A stretch of 53,331 nucleotides of DNA, taken from Candidatus Hermodarchaeota archaeon (GTDB taxonomy: Archaea > Asgardarchaeota > Hermodarchaeia > Hermodarchaeales > Hermodarchaeaceae). The notes under the pieces are model-generated. The model was not told the DNA's origin, searched no databases, and saw only the letters and a program-made list of their open reading frames with translations. This document shows positions 51,036 to 53,331 of the stretch, one piece after another. The DNA is taken from positions 1-53,331 of the forward strand of contig JAEOTO010000027.1 in the NCBI GenBank assembly GCA_016839805.1, given 5' to 3'. A program made the translations under genes and the position numbers. Within the stretch, counting starts at the first letter, position 1. Each line of letters begins with the position of its first letter.

Positions 51036-51539
51036 ATGGAACAAGCTAGGTTTAATCGAAATCAAAGCATCGCCGTGATGGCGATTATGTCCGCATTATA
51101 TGCGGCTGTGACTATTGTTTTGGGACCCTTTAGCTATTTAGCTGGAATCAACTTTCGCGTTGCAGATGTCCTCTTACCATTTCCTTTCATTCTCGGATGG
51201 CCCATGGCCATTGCATTATTCATTGGAGGTTTTGTCGCCAATATCTTTGGTGGATTGGGTCCAATTGACATCGTCTTTGGAAGCCTGCTAAATTTGCTAG
51301 CCGGTATTCTTGTTATGAATCGAAAAACTTGTCCGCACTGGTTCTTCGCATGGTTATATCCCACACTGATTATTGGATTTGGGGTACCTGCATACCTGCA
51401 ATTCCTCTTCTTCACACCCTACATTCTTATCATGCCAGAAATTCTACTCAGTACGGGCCTCCTCTCTGCTATCGGCGTAATTGTAATGTTTGCAGTAGAG
51501 AAGGCTCTGCCACAGATTTTTAAAAAACCAACCAAATAA
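51036..51539 (+). CDS. queT: QueT family ECF transporter S-component (predicted 7-deazaguanine precursor transporter)
   Basis: ALYAAVTIVLGPFSY...INFRVADVL, IGGFVANIFGGLGPIDIVFGSL and a P-containing later helix are typical of QueT. Confidence 0.8.
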   Translation: MEQARFNRNQSIAVMAIMSALYAAVTIVLGPFSYLAGINFRVADVLLPFPFILGWPMAIALFIGGFVANIFGGLGPIDIVFGSLLNLLAGILVMNRKTCPHWFFAWLYPTLIIGFGVPAYLQFLFFTPYILIMPEILLSTGLLSAIGVIVMFAVEKALPQIFKKPTK

Positions 51540-51648
51540 TCAGCATCCAAACAAGCCATTGTGATGAGTTGGTAGTGAAACAAGCGAAGCGTAAAATAGT
51601 AGGACAGCTATGCCATTCGCTTACACAGTCTATGAGATAGGGATTCCT

Positions 51649-53106
51649 ATGGACACGAAGACCTTCCAACAATTCGAAGATTTTATTCACTCACAATCAG
51701 TCGCCCTCATCGGAACAAGTCCCTCAGCAGGGTTTTACTGGCTCAAATCCTTTCTAAACTTTGGGTTCCCTGGAAAGATTTATCCAGTGAATCCGAAAAT
51801 CGATGAAGCCGTCGGACTCAAATTCTACAAATCACTCAGTGACATACCAGGTCCAATTGATTACGCCGTGCTTCGCGTTCCAGCACGAATCGTCTCATCC
51901 GTGATTGATGAATGCATAGCCAAGAACGTGAAAGCCATTACGATTTTTACGAGCGGTTTCAGTGAATTAGGGACAGAAGCAGGTCGATTACTAGAACAGG
52001 AAATCATTGAGAAAATTCGATCAAGTCCAATGCGAGCCTTTGGACCCAACTGTATGGGTCTTCTCTGTCCAGAGTCTCATTTTGCCTTCCGACCAGACCT
52101 ACAACCGATTCCTGGACCAGTTGGATTCATATCCCAATCTGGAGGGAAGGCTATCGACGCCTACCTTGCGGTCACTGAAACAAAACTTGGATGCAGCAAA
52201 GTGTTCAGTTACGGAAACGAAGCCGACATCAGTAGCTGGGAACTGGTTGATTACCTCCACCAAGATCCCAACACCGAAGTAATAGGCATGTATATCGAAG
52301 GGGTCCATGATGGGCCCCGCTTACGCAAAGCTATTGCAGAATGTGCTCCGGATAAACCCATTACGGTTTGGAAGTCCGGGATTACTAAAGCAGGACAGCA
52401 AGCTGTATCTAGTCATAGTGCAGCCCTTGCAGGTTCCACAAGCATTTGGCATGCTCTCCTTCGGCAAACCGGTGCTGCATCAGTTGATAGTTTTGAACGC
52501 CTCATAGATACAATCGTCACCTTCCTCCGCTGCCCCAGACCCTCAGGTAAACGTGTCGCCCTCATTGCCATTAGTGGTGGCGCGGGTGTTACAGGAACTG
52601 ACTCATTAATCAAATATGGATTTGAAATTCCCCGCCTAACCTCAGATACCATTAACGCCCTGTCAAAAATCATCAGCGCGGTTGGCACCAACATTAAAAA
52701 CCCAATAGACATGGCTTCGAGTTACTTTTACCCCAACAACACAGTCCAAACCATCCGACACGTTGCTGAAGACAAAAACATTGACGCCATCATCATCGAA
52801 GCAGCCCCACATTATGTCAACTTCATGGCCGACCACATGGGCATGAAAGACATGGCCACAACCTACTGGGACATGATGATTGAAGCCGGCACCTATTGTG
52901 TGAAAGTCTTACACAAACCCTTCTTCATCGCCGTCCCCGCAATCGGCTACGCCCAAGAGAATCTTGCAACCCGAAACAAATTCAGAGAAGGTAATCTCCC
53001 TGTTTTTTCAAATATCGCAGGTGCTGCAGATATACTCAAAGTCATCTATGACTACTATCAACGACACCCGAAGCTGTCCATTCCCTCTGCACTCGACTTG
53101 GAATGA
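51649..53106 (+). CDS. CoA-binding protein, ADP-forming acyl-CoA synthetase (ACD) alpha-subunit family
   Basis: YPVNPK, FTSGFSE, GPNCMG, ISQSGG, YIEG, phospho-His motif SSHSAALAG and NPIDM. Likely start is ATG 51649. Confidence 0.88.
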   Translation: MDTKTFQQFEDFIHSQSVALIGTSPSAGFYWLKSFLNFGFPGKIYPVNPKIDEAVGLKFYKSLSDIPGPIDYAVLRVPARIVSSVIDECIAKNVKAITIFTSGFSELGTEAGRLLEQEIIEKIRSSPMRAFGPNCMGLLCPESHFAFRPDLQPIPGPVGFISQSGGKAIDAYLAVTETKLGCSKVFSYGNEADISSWELVDYLHQDPNTEVIGMYIEGVHDGPRLRKAIAECAPDKPITVWKSGITKAGQQAVSSHSAALAGSTSIWHALLRQTGAASVDSFERLIDTIVTFLRCPRPSGKRVALIAISGGAGVTGTDSLIKYGFEIPRLTSDTINALSKIISAVGTNIKNPIDMASSYFYPNNTVQTIRHVAEDKNIDAIIIEAAPHYVNFMADHMGMKDMATTYWDMMIEAGTYCVKVLHKPFFIAVPAIGYAQENLATRNKFREGNLPVFSNIAGAADILKVIYDYYQRHPKLSIPSALDLE

Positions 53107-53213
53107 GAAACACCAAACGCCTGTTTGCTTAAACTTTTTTGACCGTAAAATAGTATATAAAGCAGCTCAAACGGAAGTCTTTAAATAACAAAAATGGGCG
53201 CTAATATTGGGAA

Positions 53214-53331
53214 CACTGGGTTTGGCGAAAGATCTTGGCACTTCCCTCCCCCCTAGAAAACCATTCCCTCTCCCCTCCAATTGTGTCCTTAATTGGACAA
53301 ATGTCCTTTTCTTGGAGGTGCCTAATCCGCC
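53214..53331 (+). repeat. Dispersed structured element, copy 2 (runs off the window end)
   Basis: Same 26-nt core at 53248-53273; stem GGCACTTCC/GGAGGTGCC; GGCG-AAA-GAT pairs with ATC-CGCC; TTTAAATA box at 53180-53187. Confidence 0.8.

Overview
A 53.3 kb gene-dense archaeal chromosomal segment. TATA-like boxes lie about 25-35 bp upstream of many starts, Shine-Dalgarno (SD) motifs are GGAGG/GAGGTG, and GTG/TTG starts are frequent. The gene content and an IPGFP-TM-basic C-terminal sorting tail suggest an Asgard-type archaeon (inference, not established). Contents: lipid/organic-acid catabolism (two FAD-linked oxidoreductases, a CCG Fe-S protein, acyl-CoA ligase, acyl-CoA dehydrogenase, YhhN, SCP2, an ACD-family CoA ligase), a K+-independent H+-PPase, a leuB/C/D-like operon, uvrB-uvrA-uvrC divergent from a SRAP/HMCES gene, a divergent ATP-type PEPCK, QueT, and three very large membrane-anchored surface proteins. 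I found no rRNA, tRNA, CRISPR array, transposase or integrase. The most interesting signals are non-coding. (1) A two-copy dispersed structured element (15839-15945 and 53214-window end) has a conserved scaffold, a variable insert, upstream TATA boxes and bulge-helix-bulge geometry; it is a candidate family of splicing-endonuclease-processed, possibly circular, ncRNAs. (2) A pseudoknot-capable leader that can sequester the SD lies in front of queT; it is a candidate archaeal 7-deazaguanine riboswitch. Also notable: a gingipain-family protease whose His/Cys dyad is split by an inserted FG-GAP propeller, a 150-bp replaced-5'-end duplication flanking one gene, and a 57-aa membrane ORF missed by the ORF track. 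All protein calls come from motif recognition by eye; no searches were run.
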